From assembly GCA_964635275.1 (NCBI GenBank), contig CAZWPN010000003.1, forward strand, positions 800 to 64,799: a DNA stretch of 64,000 nt. The letters run 5' to 3'. The position numbers were made by a program, and so were the translations under genes. Source of the DNA: an uncultured Victivallales bacterium. GTDB lineage: Bacteria > Verrucomicrobiota > Kiritimatiellia > UBA8416 > CAZWPN01. The notes under the pieces were generated by a model. It was given only the letters and a program-made list of their open reading frames with translations. It was not told the origin of the DNA and searched no databases. This document shows positions 46,331 through 55,714 of this stretch, piece by piece; positions within the stretch are counted from its first letter, which is position 1; each line of letters opens with the position of its first letter.

Positions 46331-47356
46331 ATGCGGCGGTTGTTCATCTATTTCGCGGGCATTGGGGATCTTGTTATTCTGGCCCCTCTTTTGCGGCATC
46401 TGTCGAAGACAGGGCCGGTGGATATCCTGACCAGGCCGCATGGCGCATCCCTGTTCAGAGGCCAGTCGTTCATAGCGAACGTATGGACGCTGGCTCACCC
46501 CAACCGGGGGCGGTCTGCACTCGGGCGCCGATTCCTGGGCTGCGAGCGGGTGCGACTGGGGCCCGTACTCGCGGAAAGGGGTTATGACGAGGTCATATAC
46601 TTCGATCAGGAGCGAAGCGTCATCAAGGAGTGGGTTGCGTCGTGGCCTTGCCGCACAACGGTTCGGCGCATGAACTATCCCGACGGGCATCCGGACAGGG
46701 TCAGCACAGGCGCCCGGTCTATGGGAATTGACCCGGCGGAGATGGAGCCGGTTCCGCGCATGGATCTCAACGCGACTCAGCGGCTCGTGATGGAGGATCG
46801 CCTGCGTACGATTGGGAAACGGGTGCTCGGCGTCCAAGCCGGATCGGGTCCAGTGACTCGATGGCCGCCAAGGCCTGACGTCAAGGGGCTGTCGGCGAAG
46901 CAGTGGGCCGCCTTCATGGAGGTTCTGTTGGACACGGGTGACGCCGATGCGATCGTCTTGCAGGGCAGTGGGCGCGAGAGAGCGATTGCCGAGTCGGTCA
47001 TTCGGGCGACGTCGGCGCGGTTTCGGAGCCGGATCCACGACTGGACCGGGCGGTTTTCGCTTGATGAATTACTGCATGTGATGTCCGGTTACAGGGCGCT
47101 GCTTTCGGTGGATACGGGGCCGGCTCACATGGCGGCCTCTGTTGGATGTCCGGTTCTTGCTGTTTTCGGGCCCACCGACCCGTGTGCCTACCGGATGCGC
47201 GGGAGCAGTCCTGTCGAGGTTGTGTTGGGGAAAGCGTCTTGCCAGTTCTGTGGCGGGACCGACCGTTTCAAACGGTGCCGGGAGAACCGATGCCTAAGCG
47301 ATCTGCCCCTGTCGGCGCTTCTGGACGGATGGAATGCGTTGAGAGCCAGGTTGTGA
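46331..47356 (+). CDS. Glycosyltransferase family 9 (LPS heptosyltransferase-like)
   Basis: FAGIGDLVIL, LLSVDTGPAHMAASVGCPVLAVFGPT; start moved to ATG 46331. Confidence 0.9.
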   Translation: MRRLFIYFAGIGDLVILAPLLRHLSKTGPVDILTRPHGASLFRGQSFIANVWTLAHPNRGRSALGRRFLGCERVRLGPVLAERGYDEVIYFDQERSVIKEWVASWPCRTTVRRMNYPDGHPDRVSTGARSMGIDPAEMEPVPRMDLNATQRLVMEDRLRTIGKRVLGVQAGSGPVTRWPPRPDVKGLSAKQWAAFMEVLLDTGDADAIVLQGSGRERAIAESVIRATSARFRSRIHDWTGRFSLDELLHVMSGYRALLSVDTGPAHMAASVGCPVLAVFGPTDPCAYRMRGSSPVEVVLGKASCQFCGGTDRFKRCRENRCLSDLPLSALLDGWNALRARL

Positions 47357-48576
47357 ATCCTCGGGCAATGGCCCTTGGCTGGAGGCCAAAGGCGCTTGAC
47401 GAGTGGGGGTGGCTGGCGTTTCTGGCAGCCATCTTCACGGCCGGTTTTTCGATGCCTGTATCTCGGTTTCTCCTGGTGGCTGCCGCTGCGGTGACCGTTG
47501 TCTGGCTGGTGCGGAATCAATTGAAACCATGGATTCCCGCCGTGGTGTGGCTGGCGCTGCTTTATGTCGTGTGGCTGGCGGGTGTTACCCTGTTCGGAAT
47601 CAACCCGGCCAGGGGGATGCCGAAGTTGCCCAAGTTGGTCTGGTTTCTGTTTATCCCTGTTGCCTCATTCTTCATCAATTCACCGTCGCGCTTGCTGCAT
47701 ACCTTGATTGCATATGTTCTTGGAGTGGTGGTGCTGTCGGTTCAGATTTGCGTCTGCAATCCGATGCGCGCCATGGCATCGGTTGCGTCAGGGGAATACG
47801 GCACCTTCGTCGAGGCGCTGATCGGACATGGGTCCATTACCAACGGTGAACGGCTGATGATTGGTGTCATCGCTGGTGTTGGCCTGGCGTGGATAGCCTT
47901 TCGGGAGCGGCGGCGTTTCTGGGCATGGCTGGTTCCCGTGGTGCTGATGGGCGCTGCGTTTGTTGTCAATTTTAAACGGGGATCATGGTTTGTCGGCGCC
48001 CTTTGCGCCGGGGTGTTCCTGGCTGCACACGCCGGGCGGCGTGTGGTGGCAGCCGGGACCATCGTGGTCCTTCTTCTGCTTTTGCTGCCGCCTGTGCAGA
48101 TGCGGATAGGTGAGCTGCGCCACGAATTCGACACGGAAGGCGGGGGACGTCTGACGATGTGGACGAAGGTGGCGCCGGCCCTGATCAGGGAGCATCCTTT
48201 TGGGATAGGGTACCGTGTGCTGACCAACGATATGATGCGGCGCATTGCGCCGGAAGTAGAGCCCAGACGAGATCATGTTCACAGCAATGTGCTGCAGGTG
48301 ACGATTGAAGCGGGCTGGGCTGGGTTGGCCATCTATCTGGCGTGGATGGTCACGGCGCTTTGCAATGCTGCTCGAGGTGTTGCGTGTGCTGCCGTGCTAC
48401 CCGGCGTGGGGGAACGTGCGGGACCGTGGGTGACACTTCTTATGCTATCGGCGCTTATTCTGAACGGGATCGTGGAATACAACATGGGCGATTCGGAGAT
48501 CGTTTTGCTCTATGTATGGCTGCTCGGGGCCGGGACTGCTGTGTGCAGGCCGGGCACCGTCCCGCTGCGCGCTTGA
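47353..48576 (+). CDS. O-antigen ligase (WaaL/Wzy_C) family protein
   Basis: Multi-TM; FKRGSW, GRLTMW, HPFGIG, HVHSNVLQVTIEAGWAGL; start GTG 47353 or ATG 47368. Confidence 0.88.
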   Translation: MNPRAMALGWRPKALDEWGWLAFLAAIFTAGFSMPVSRFLLVAAAAVTVVWLVRNQLKPWIPAVVWLALLYVVWLAGVTLFGINPARGMPKLPKLVWFLFIPVASFFINSPSRLLHTLIAYVLGVVVLSVQICVCNPMRAMASVASGEYGTFVEALIGHGSITNGERLMIGVIAGVGLAWIAFRERRRFWAWLVPVVLMGAAFVVNFKRGSWFVGALCAGVFLAAHAGRRVVAAGTIVVLLLLLLPPVQMRIGELRHEFDTEGGGRLTMWTKVAPALIREHPFGIGYRVLTNDMMRRIAPEVEPRRDHVHSNVLQVTIEAGWAGLAIYLAWMVTALCNAARGVACAAVLPGVGERAGPWVTLLMLSALILNGIVEYNMGDSEIVLLYVWLLGAGTAVCRPGTVPLRA

Positions 48577-48687
48577 TAGCCTTTGCGTTTTGGTCGGTTT
48601 GTGATACTGTTCCGGCGTTGCGCAGGTGGAGTGGATTTCGCCAGTGCGGGGTGAGACGTTGGTTGAACGATACTGGGAGGAGAGCAG

Positions 48688-50049
48688 ATGAACGGTAGAA
48701 TTCGCGCCGGTGTGTGGGGTGGGGTGGTGTCTGCGTTATGCGGCCTGTTTGCCCTTGTCTTGCTGGCTGGCAATGCGGCTGGTGAAGAGAAAGGGAACGA
48801 AGCCAGGTGGTATATTTCACCGGCGCTGGGCTGGATGGATTTTGAAGGCGATGAGTTGGTGAAAGACGGTCTTCACGGGACCCTGCGGCTCGGGTACGAC
48901 TGGACGGATCGCTGGACGCTGGAAGGAGTGCTAGCCGTGGCGCCGTCGCTCGACGCGAACGATAAGAAGACCACAGCTTTTGACAGTACGCATGCGGTTG
49001 GCCTTGCAGTTGACGGATTGTTTCATTTCACGCGATGGGAGCGTGTTGACCCTTATTTGGCTGCAGGCATCGGTTTGCTGAGCCTCGGGGAGCATTTGTC
49101 CGGGGGTAACAGCAGTGAAAGCATGTTCCGGGGCGGCGGCGGTGTCATGTACCACATCAATGACGAGTGGGCGATCAGGGCTGATTACCGCGGCATGATC
49201 AAGGGGTTCGGCGACAGTCCGAGCGCCAGTTCGATAAGCGATGTCGGAATCATGTGGTTCTGGGGCGCCAATGTTCCCGTGAAACTTGTGGCGACATCGG
49301 GCACGAATGACAGCGATGGGGATGGGCTCACGGACCAGGAGGAGGACGAGTTGGGAACCAACCCTTATGATCCCGACACGGACAGGGACCGTCTGACCGA
49401 CGGTCAGGAAGTGAAGGTGTATCGGACCAATCCCCTCGACCCTGACACGGATCTGGACATGCTCAAGGATGGGCAGGAGGTGCTGGATCTGAAGACGAAC
49501 CCGCTGGAGCGCGACACGGACAAGGGCGGCGTTGCCGACGGGCATGAGGTGCTTGAAGATTTGACGGATCCCCTGGATCCGAAGGATGATTTGCAGCTCT
49601 TTGAACTCTACATCCAGTTCGATCTCGACAAGGCCATCATCAAGCCGGAGTATTTCCGGCAGCTAAACGTGTTGGCCAAGGTGTTGAAACGGAATCCCGA
49701 CGCTACGGCTAAGATCGAAGGGCATGCCGACAAGACACGGAAGTCGGGCGCGTTTCACAATCGGCGGCTGTCGAAGAGGCGCGCCGATGCCGTGGAGAGC
49801 TATCTGACGGATAAGGGCGGGATCGCGTCTGGTCGTTTGAGTTCGGTGGGTTACGGGTTCGATCGTCCCAAGGCACCGAACAACCCGGTGACGGGCAATC
49901 CGCTCAATCGCAGGGTGGACGTCTACATCCGGAACGCCGATGCCAGTCTGGTCGCGGAGGATCGGCGGGAGTTCAACGAGTCGGCACCTGCAGAGACCAG
50001 AGAGACGCCGGTGAAAGTGACGAAGCCCATACCGCCAGAGGACAAGTAG
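48688..50049 (+). CDS. OmpA-family protein: N-terminal beta-barrel, thrombospondin-type-3-like Ca-binding repeats, OmpA_C domain
   Basis: Signal peptide, VDPYLAAGIG, four DxDxDxLxDGxE....TNPL repeats, IQFDLDKA, IEGHAD, NRRLSKRRA, GYGFDRP, NRRVDV. Confidence 0.92.
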   Translation: MNGRIRAGVWGGVVSALCGLFALVLLAGNAAGEEKGNEARWYISPALGWMDFEGDELVKDGLHGTLRLGYDWTDRWTLEGVLAVAPSLDANDKKTTAFDSTHAVGLAVDGLFHFTRWERVDPYLAAGIGLLSLGEHLSGGNSSESMFRGGGGVMYHINDEWAIRADYRGMIKGFGDSPSASSISDVGIMWFWGANVPVKLVATSGTNDSDGDGLTDQEEDELGTNPYDPDTDRDRLTDGQEVKVYRTNPLDPDTDLDMLKDGQEVLDLKTNPLERDTDKGGVADGHEVLEDLTDPLDPKDDLQLFELYIQFDLDKAIIKPEYFRQLNVLAKVLKRNPDATAKIEGHADKTRKSGAFHNRRLSKRRADAVESYLTDKGGIASGRLSSVGYGFDRPKAPNNPVTGNPLNRRVDVYIRNADASLVAEDRREFNESAPAETRETPVKVTKPIPPEDK

Positions 50050-50098
50050 TTGGTGGCGGTGGTGGAACGCGGCACCTGACGCAGCGACGCTGAAACGG

Positions 50099-50129
50099 AA
50101 AGGACGGCCTGTACAGGCCGTCCTTTTTT
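50099..50129. terminator. Rho-independent, probably bidirectional terminator
   Basis: Perfect palindrome AGGACGGCCTGTACAGGCCGTCCT (50101-50124), preceded by A's and followed by a T-tract, between convergent genes. Confidence 0.85.
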
Positions 50130-50134
50130 GTTGG

Positions 50135-50677
50135 TCAGAAGAACAGGAATCGCAGGGAGAAGGTGGCGGACATATCGTAGTTCTTGCCCTTTGCTTCGTC
50201 AAAGCGCTTGAAGTCGTAGATGTCATCGGTGGCGGCGCAGAAGTTCGCCTGTGCTGCGAATCCGCAGGTTTCGGTGACAAAGATCTTCAAGCCTGGTGAA
50301 AGGCTGCCAACGAGCACATTGTCGTTGTCTGTTTCGCTCAGCATCTGGACGGATGCGGCTAAGAAGGGCGTTAGTGGCGACGTGCCCTTCATGAGTTCGT
50401 ACTCGCCAAACACGCCGAGGCTCCAGACGGCGCCATAGCCCCAGAAGCTCTCGATCGTGACGCTCTCGCGCTGAACCATGCCGCCGATCTGAAACTTGTC
50501 GGTGATATAGTAGCCCAGTGATCCGCCGAGAATCAGCTCGTCTTCCTCGTGAGTGCTCCTGACATCAGCCAACACCGAGATGCTGCCCTCGGTGCAGCCC
50601 TTGCGGGCTGGTGAGGCCAGAAGGACTGAACCGGAAAGCGCGAGAACAAGACCGAAAGCTACCGCATAGCGTGTCAT
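50135..50677 (-). CDS. Small outer-membrane beta-barrel protein
   Basis: Signal peptide, GGSLGYYITDKFQIG, alternating strands, C-terminal Phe (FSLRFLFF). Confidence 0.78.
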   Translation of the reverse strand: MTRYAVAFGLVLALSGSVLLASPARKGCTEGSISVLADVRSTHEEDELILGGSLGYYITDKFQIGGMVQRESVTIESFWGYGAVWSLGVFGEYELMKGTSPLTPFLAASVQMLSETDNDNVLVGSLSPGLKIFVTETCGFAAQANFCAATDDIYDFKRFDEAKGKNYDMSATFSLRFLFF

Positions 50678-50740
50678 GTCAGAATCTCCCTCTTTATGTA
50701 TGAAATACCTGTTGTACGATGGGGCATTTCTTCCGGCCGG

Positions 50741-51343
50741 TCAAGCCCTGATCTGTAGCTTTCTAAACGAGCAGCGGCCGATCGGTTTTCCCATGGAAAG
50801 GAAGATGCGTTCGAAGTCTGTTCTCTCTTCTTCGGTCAGGGCCAGGGATGGGGCTCGCTCAAAGCGGGGGTCGGCGGAAAACAGTCGCTCAATTCCGGAG
50901 AAATAGTCCATGTGATCGGTGGCCACATGGACGGCGCCGGATGGGAGAAGCGTTCGGAATAACGAGGTCAAGAATGGTTGCGAGAAGAGACGGCGGCCAT
51001 GGTGTCGGCGTTTCGGCCACGGATCGGGGAAGAATATGTAGAATGCAGCCACTGACTGATCGGGGAGTAGATTGTCCAGGACATAGGATATCTCCAATCG
51101 AAGAAGGCGGATGTTGCGCAATCCGGCTCTGGCCGCCCTTTTCTCGATCTTCAGCAGGCGGGACGCCTGTCTGTCAATGCCAAGGAAGCCTGTGTCCGGG
51201 TTTGCGGTCGCCTTTGCAAGAAGGAATCGACCCTTTCCGCAGCCGACATCTATTTCCAGGGGGATTGTCCGGTCGAATAGTCGCTGGGATGAGAGTGCGT
51301 CAGCGACGGAGGTCGTGGCGATGATCAGGGATTCCTGTGTCAT
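50741..51343 (-). CDS. trmB: tRNA (guanine-N7)-methyltransferase TrmB
   Basis: LEIDVGCGKGRFL, FLGID, IFFPDPWPKRRHHGRRL, VHVATDHMDY, TDFERIF; start moved to ATG 51343. Confidence 0.93.
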   Translation of the reverse strand: MTQESLIIATTSVADALSSQRLFDRTIPLEIDVGCGKGRFLLAKATANPDTGFLGIDRQASRLLKIEKRAARAGLRNIRLLRLEISYVLDNLLPDQSVAAFYIFFPDPWPKRRHHGRRLFSQPFLTSLFRTLLPSGAVHVATDHMDYFSGIERLFSADPRFERAPSLALTEEERTDFERIFLSMGKPIGRCSFRKLQIRA

Positions 51344-51371
51344 TGGGATCCGGACAGACCTATCCACGGGC

Positions 51372-51728
51372 TTACCGTCCAAAGAGGCGACTGAAGAACC
51401 CACCGCCGCCTTCTTCCCTGTCCATGGCGGATTGGATGCATTCCAGAGCCAGGAACTGGAATCTCTCGGCCCCCATGCTTTGCTTGTACTTACGCGCAGC
51501 CTTGAGTAAACCCGCCTTGCCGGTCTCGACATACCGATTGACTTGTGAGACGTCGCTAGACCGCTTCTGTGCCACGGACAGGATCAAGGGCAAAAATGTC
51601 CGGATCAGACTCTGCTGGGCGCTGAAGTCACCTTTCTTAATCGCCATAACATCGCGCTCGACAGCCCGCGCCTGGGCGGCGGCTACAGGCACGGATTCTG
51701 ATGTGAGGATGTGCAGAGGGATCTTCAA
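51372..51728 (-). CDS. Small protein resembling an isolated sigma-70 region 2, with an amphipathic C-terminal tail
   Basis: KKGDFSAQQSLIRTFLPLILSVAQK...YVETGKAGLLKAARKYKQSMGAERFQFLALECIQSAMDR parallels region 1.2-2 of sigma-70 factors; ends GGGGFFSRLFGR. Start TTG 51728 (GAGG RBS) or ATG 51770. Confidence 0.65.
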   Translation of the reverse strand: MKIPLHILTSESVPVAAAQARAVERDVMAIKKGDFSAQQSLIRTFLPLILSVAQKRSSDVSQVNRYVETGKAGLLKAARKYKQSMGAERFQFLALECIQSAMDREEGGGGFFSRLFGR

Positions 51729-51857
51729 TGTCAGCCTCTTCCTTTTCGATAGCCCCGCAAAATAGACCATCGAATGGTCCCTATGCAAGTGAATAGATTG
51801 GAGGCTCGACATCGCCCATCATATGGCTTACCGTGCGCGGCGGAAGATTTCTCGACA

Positions 51858-53033
51858 ATGAGCATCAAACTCTCCGAGCGAATTGAGAAGCGATACATGG
51901 CGGTGCTGTCACGCCCCGGCGCCGATCAGGGCCACGGGAGAGGCGTTCGCGGCGTCCTTTGGGCTCTCAAGCAGCTGTCCAGAATATACCTTACCGTTGT
52001 TCAAACCAGGCTTTTTCTTTACAACAAGCGCCTTCTGCGGCCCCACACGTTGGGTTGCCAGGTCATCAGTGTCGGCAACCTGACCGTGGGAGGAACCGGA
52101 AAGACGCCGGTGGTCGAGGTTTTCGCCCGCGAGTTGACCAAGGAAGGCCGGAAAGTTGCCATTCTCAGCCGTGGGTACAAGAAGGAGTCTCCGCCGTTCT
52201 GGCAACGGCTTAAGGACAGGGTCACCTTCCGTGAACTATCAATGCCGCCACGGGTGGTCTCGGACGGGCATAAACTCCTGTTGAACTCCGCGATGAGCGG
52301 GGATGAACCGTATATGCTTGCGTCCAACCTCCCGAATGTGGCGGTGCTTGTTGATAAAAATCGCGTCAAGAGCGGCCGGTACGCAATAGATCGATTGGGT
52401 TGTGATACGCTGATTCTGGATGACGGATTCCAGTATCTTGACCTCAAGCACCGCGTGGAGATTGTGCTTGTGGACCGGACCAATCCATTCGGAAACGAGC
52501 ATGTGCTTCCCCGGGGGATTCTTCGCGAACCGATCCGCAACATACGGCGTGCGGACTTCATCTTTCTTACGAAGTCTGACGGGGTCGGCAGCGACGAAAT
52601 CAAGGCACGGCTTCGCCGGCTGAACCCGAAGGCGGAGATTGTCGAGTGCCGGCATGCGCCGCGCTACCTTCAAAATGTCTTTACGCGGGATCGCAAGGAC
52701 CTTGCCGCGCTCAAGGGGTTGAAGGTGGTTGCGGTGTCCGGGATCGCCATGCCGGCTGGGTTCGAGGATGAGTTGGTCCGGCGAGGGGCCGTACTGGTTG
52801 AACGCTTCCGTTTCGCAGACCATCACCGCTATTCGCAGCAGGAAGTGATTGATATTGTCAACACTGCGCAACGCTTGAATGTCGACGCGATTCTGACTAC
52901 GGAGAAAGACACGGTCCGATTTCCGCGACTGGAGCGTTGCGATGTGGATATCTACTTCTTGCGCGTTGATATTGATCTGCTGGCCGGCGCTGAGGACTTC
53001 AGGCAGTGCATTGAGCGTATTTGCTTCCGGTAG
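51858..53033 (+). CDS. lpxK: Tetraacyldisaccharide 4'-kinase
   Basis: VISVGNLTVGGTGKTP, ILSRGY, GDEPYML, ILDDGFQY, LPRGILREP, FADHHRY, LTTEKD; start moved to ATG 51858. Confidence 0.95.
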   Translation: MSIKLSERIEKRYMAVLSRPGADQGHGRGVRGVLWALKQLSRIYLTVVQTRLFLYNKRLLRPHTLGCQVISVGNLTVGGTGKTPVVEVFARELTKEGRKVAILSRGYKKESPPFWQRLKDRVTFRELSMPPRVVSDGHKLLLNSAMSGDEPYMLASNLPNVAVLVDKNRVKSGRYAIDRLGCDTLILDDGFQYLDLKHRVEIVLVDRTNPFGNEHVLPRGILREPIRNIRRADFIFLTKSDGVGSDEIKARLRRLNPKAEIVECRHAPRYLQNVFTRDRKDLAALKGLKVVAVSGIAMPAGFEDELVRRGAVLVERFRFADHHRYSQQEVIDIVNTAQRLNVDAILTTEKDTVRFPRLERCDVDIYFLRVDIDLLAGAEDFRQCIERICFR

Positions 53034-53064
53034 CGCAAAAGATGGCAGGCAAGGGTGGGGAGGC

Positions 53065-54072
53065 ATGGACCACGATACGGTGTTGATCTGCGGGGCGAAC
53101 TGGCTGGGCGACAGCATCATGACTATGCCGGCCATCCAGTCGTACCGGCGCCTGAATCCCGGAGTGGTGGTTGTGCTTCTGGTGAAGCCCGGCATGGCGC
53201 CGCTCTGGGAGCTGCATCCCGGGATTGATCGGGTGTTGGTTTGTGTGAGCAGTGTTCCCGGGACCTTTCGCGCCGCTGCTGCGGTTCGGCGCATCGGATG
53301 TCGGGCGGCTTACATCCTTCCCAATTCGTTTCGGTCCACGTTGATTCCCTTTCTAGCCGGTGTGCCGGAACGGATCGGTGTGGACGGGCATCAGCGTTCC
53401 TGGATGCTTACGCGTAGGATTCGGCAAGGCGCGGCAGAAGCCAGTGCCCATCAGGCAGTGGAGTGCAATGCGATTCTTGGTGTCAATGGCATCGGTGAGA
53501 TTGAATCTCCCAAGCTGCATATTTCGCCGGAGTTGGATCAGGGCGTCAGGATGCGGTTTGGACTCGAATCAGGCGTGCCATATGTTGCGCTGATGCCTGG
53601 GGCGGCTCGTGGGCCTTCCAAGCGGTGGCCATCGGAGCGATTCGTGGCGGTCGGCCGGTCCCTGGCGGCGCGAGGCTCATCCGTCCTTGTCCTTGGATCG
53701 CCATCAGAAGTGGCGCTCTGTGAGGAGGTGGCGCGTGGCGTGGGCTGCCCATGCCTGGCAGGGAAGACCAGCCTGAAGGAACTGGCGGCGGTGTTAAGCC
53801 TTTGCGCCGTATCGGTGACCAACGACAGCGGAGGGATGCACCTCGCTTCCGCGGTTGGGTCGCGGGTGGTGGCCGTGTATGGAGTGACGGATCCCAAAAA
53901 GACCGGTCCCTTGGGCGAGGGACATCAAGTTCTGCAGGCGCAGGATGTGTGCCGATCGCGGGATGTTGCGCGCGACTCGGTTGAGGCGAGTCGTGCGTTG
54001 CTGGCTGTGAGTGCGGCAGACGTGTCGGCCGCGGCGCAGGCGTGTTTGTCCCAGACTCGTCTGACCGGGTAG
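53065..54072 (+). CDS. waaF: Lipopolysaccharide heptosyltransferase II
   Basis: ANWLGDSIM, LPNSFRS, PGAARGPSKRWP, GKTSL, VTNDSGGMHLA; start moved to ATG 53065. Confidence 0.88.
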   Translation: MDHDTVLICGANWLGDSIMTMPAIQSYRRLNPGVVVVLLVKPGMAPLWELHPGIDRVLVCVSSVPGTFRAAAAVRRIGCRAAYILPNSFRSTLIPFLAGVPERIGVDGHQRSWMLTRRIRQGAAEASAHQAVECNAILGVNGIGEIESPKLHISPELDQGVRMRFGLESGVPYVALMPGAARGPSKRWPSERFVAVGRSLAARGSSVLVLGSPSEVALCEEVARGVGCPCLAGKTSLKELAAVLSLCAVSVTNDSGGMHLASAVGSRVVAVYGVTDPKKTGPLGEGHQVLQAQDVCRSRDVARDSVEASRALLAVSAADVSAAAQACLSQTRLTG

Positions 54073-55686
54073 GTGTCTCTAGTTATGCCGGGCAAACAGG
54101 TTATTCGGTCGACCGTAGCGCTCAGTGCTTGCACTGGCCTGAGTCGCATGCTGGGGTTTGTGCGCGAAATGGCCATGGCGTACTTCTTCGGGACGTCGCT
54201 GGCCAAGTCGGCCTTCGACGTGGCATTCAAGTTACCCAACCTGTTTCGGAGTCTCTTTGGCGAGGGGGCTCTGTCAGCAGCGCTTGTTCCGGTGTTCACG
54301 GAGACGCTCCACAAGGATGGCCGTGAGGAAGCCGGCGTTCTGGCCAGTCGGGTGTTGACTGCGCTGGCTTTTGTTCTCTCCGCAATTGCCGTCCTGACGG
54401 TCGGCGCAATCAGCATCTATCTCTGGTGGGGGGACCCTGGCGTGAAAGCGTCTGCGGTGTTGCCGCTGCTGCGAATCCTGTTCCCGTACATGGTGTTCAT
54501 CTGTCTGGTCGCCGGTTGCATGGCCGTGCTCAATTCGCTGCATTCATTTGTGATGCCGGCGATGTGTCCCGTCATTCTGAACGTCGTTTGGATCGTGACG
54601 CTGGTAGGGGTCAGTCCGCTGGTGACGGCTGATCCGGCCGGACAGGTTGCGGTGGTGGCTTGGGGTATTGTGGTTGCCGGTGCGCTGCAGTTGGCGATTC
54701 TGATCGCCGCAGTCTGCCGGGCTGGTATCCGGCTGCGTGTGCGATCCGACTGGCGAGACCCGAGAATCTTGAGCATCATGAGCCTGATGGGGCCGGCAGC
54801 CCTCGGGATGGGGGTGCACCAGGTCAACGTCATGATTGACGGCATTCTTGCGATGTGGGTGGGCACTTGGGCGCCGGCGGCGCTGACTTACGCGGAACGG
54901 CTCGTCTATCTGCCGCTCGGAGTCTTCGCGACGGCGTTGGGAACGGTCCTTCTTCCGACGTACTCCCGACAAGCGGCGGAAAATCAGCATGACAGGATTG
55001 CCGACACGATGGCCCAGTCGCTTCGCGTGCTCATGCTGGTGATGATGCCTGCGGCTGTTGGGCTGGTGGCGTTGGCGCGGCCGATTGTCGAACTGGTCTT
55101 TGTATGGAAGGGGGGCGCATTCCGCGCCGAGTCGATTGACTACACCACGCGGGCTCTATGGTTCTATGCGCCGGGGTTGGTGGTGTTCAGCGTCGGCAAA
55201 CTTGTGGTACCCGCTTTCTATGCGCTGAAGGACATGCGCACGCCGGTACGTCTGGGTTTGCTCGCCGTGGGGTTGAACCTGGTGATGAATATCGCTTTTG
55301 TTCTCACCTGGCCGGAGGGCTATGGGCACGCGGGGCTTGCGTGCGCCACGGTGTTGGCCAGCATGGTCAACGGCGTCATGTTGGTGAGCGCCTTCCATCG
55401 TGCTGTGGGCTTCCCGGCATGGCGGGCTGTTCTGGCCACGGCCGGCAGGACGCTGGCAGCATCCGTCGTGATGGCCGCGGTTGTGTTAGGCCTGTACCAC
55501 ACACTGCTTGGTCCAGAAGGTGCGCAAGACAGGAGCATGATTCGGTTGTTGGCCACCATCGGCGGGCTGGGTGGGGGCGTGGTTGCCTATGTTCTCATGG
55601 CGCTTGTCCTTTGCCGGCCCGAGATCGCGCTGCTCAGGCAGGGCAGGGGTGGTAAGGGGCGGTCGGGCACTGGCGGAAGCCAGTGA
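54073..55686 (+). CDS. murJ: Lipid II flippase MurJ (MviN)
   Basis: SRMLGFVRE, KLPNLFRSLFGEGALSAALVPV, YAERLVYLPLGVF, PAFYALKDMRTP. Confidence 0.94.
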   Translation: MSLVMPGKQVIRSTVALSACTGLSRMLGFVREMAMAYFFGTSLAKSAFDVAFKLPNLFRSLFGEGALSAALVPVFTETLHKDGREEAGVLASRVLTALAFVLSAIAVLTVGAISIYLWWGDPGVKASAVLPLLRILFPYMVFICLVAGCMAVLNSLHSFVMPAMCPVILNVVWIVTLVGVSPLVTADPAGQVAVVAWGIVVAGALQLAILIAAVCRAGIRLRVRSDWRDPRILSIMSLMGPAALGMGVHQVNVMIDGILAMWVGTWAPAALTYAERLVYLPLGVFATALGTVLLPTYSRQAAENQHDRIADTMAQSLRVLMLVMMPAAVGLVALARPIVELVFVWKGGAFRAESIDYTTRALWFYAPGLVVFSVGKLVVPAFYALKDMRTPVRLGLLAVGLNLVMNIAFVLTWPEGYGHAGLACATVLASMVNGVMLVSAFHRAVGFPAWRAVLATAGRTLAASVVMAAVVLGLYHTLLGPEGAQDRSMIRLLATIGGLGGGVVAYVLMALVLCRPEIALLRQGRGGKGRSGTGGSQ

Positions 55687-55714
55687 CAACAATGTTATGA
55701 TGCGGGGGACGAAT

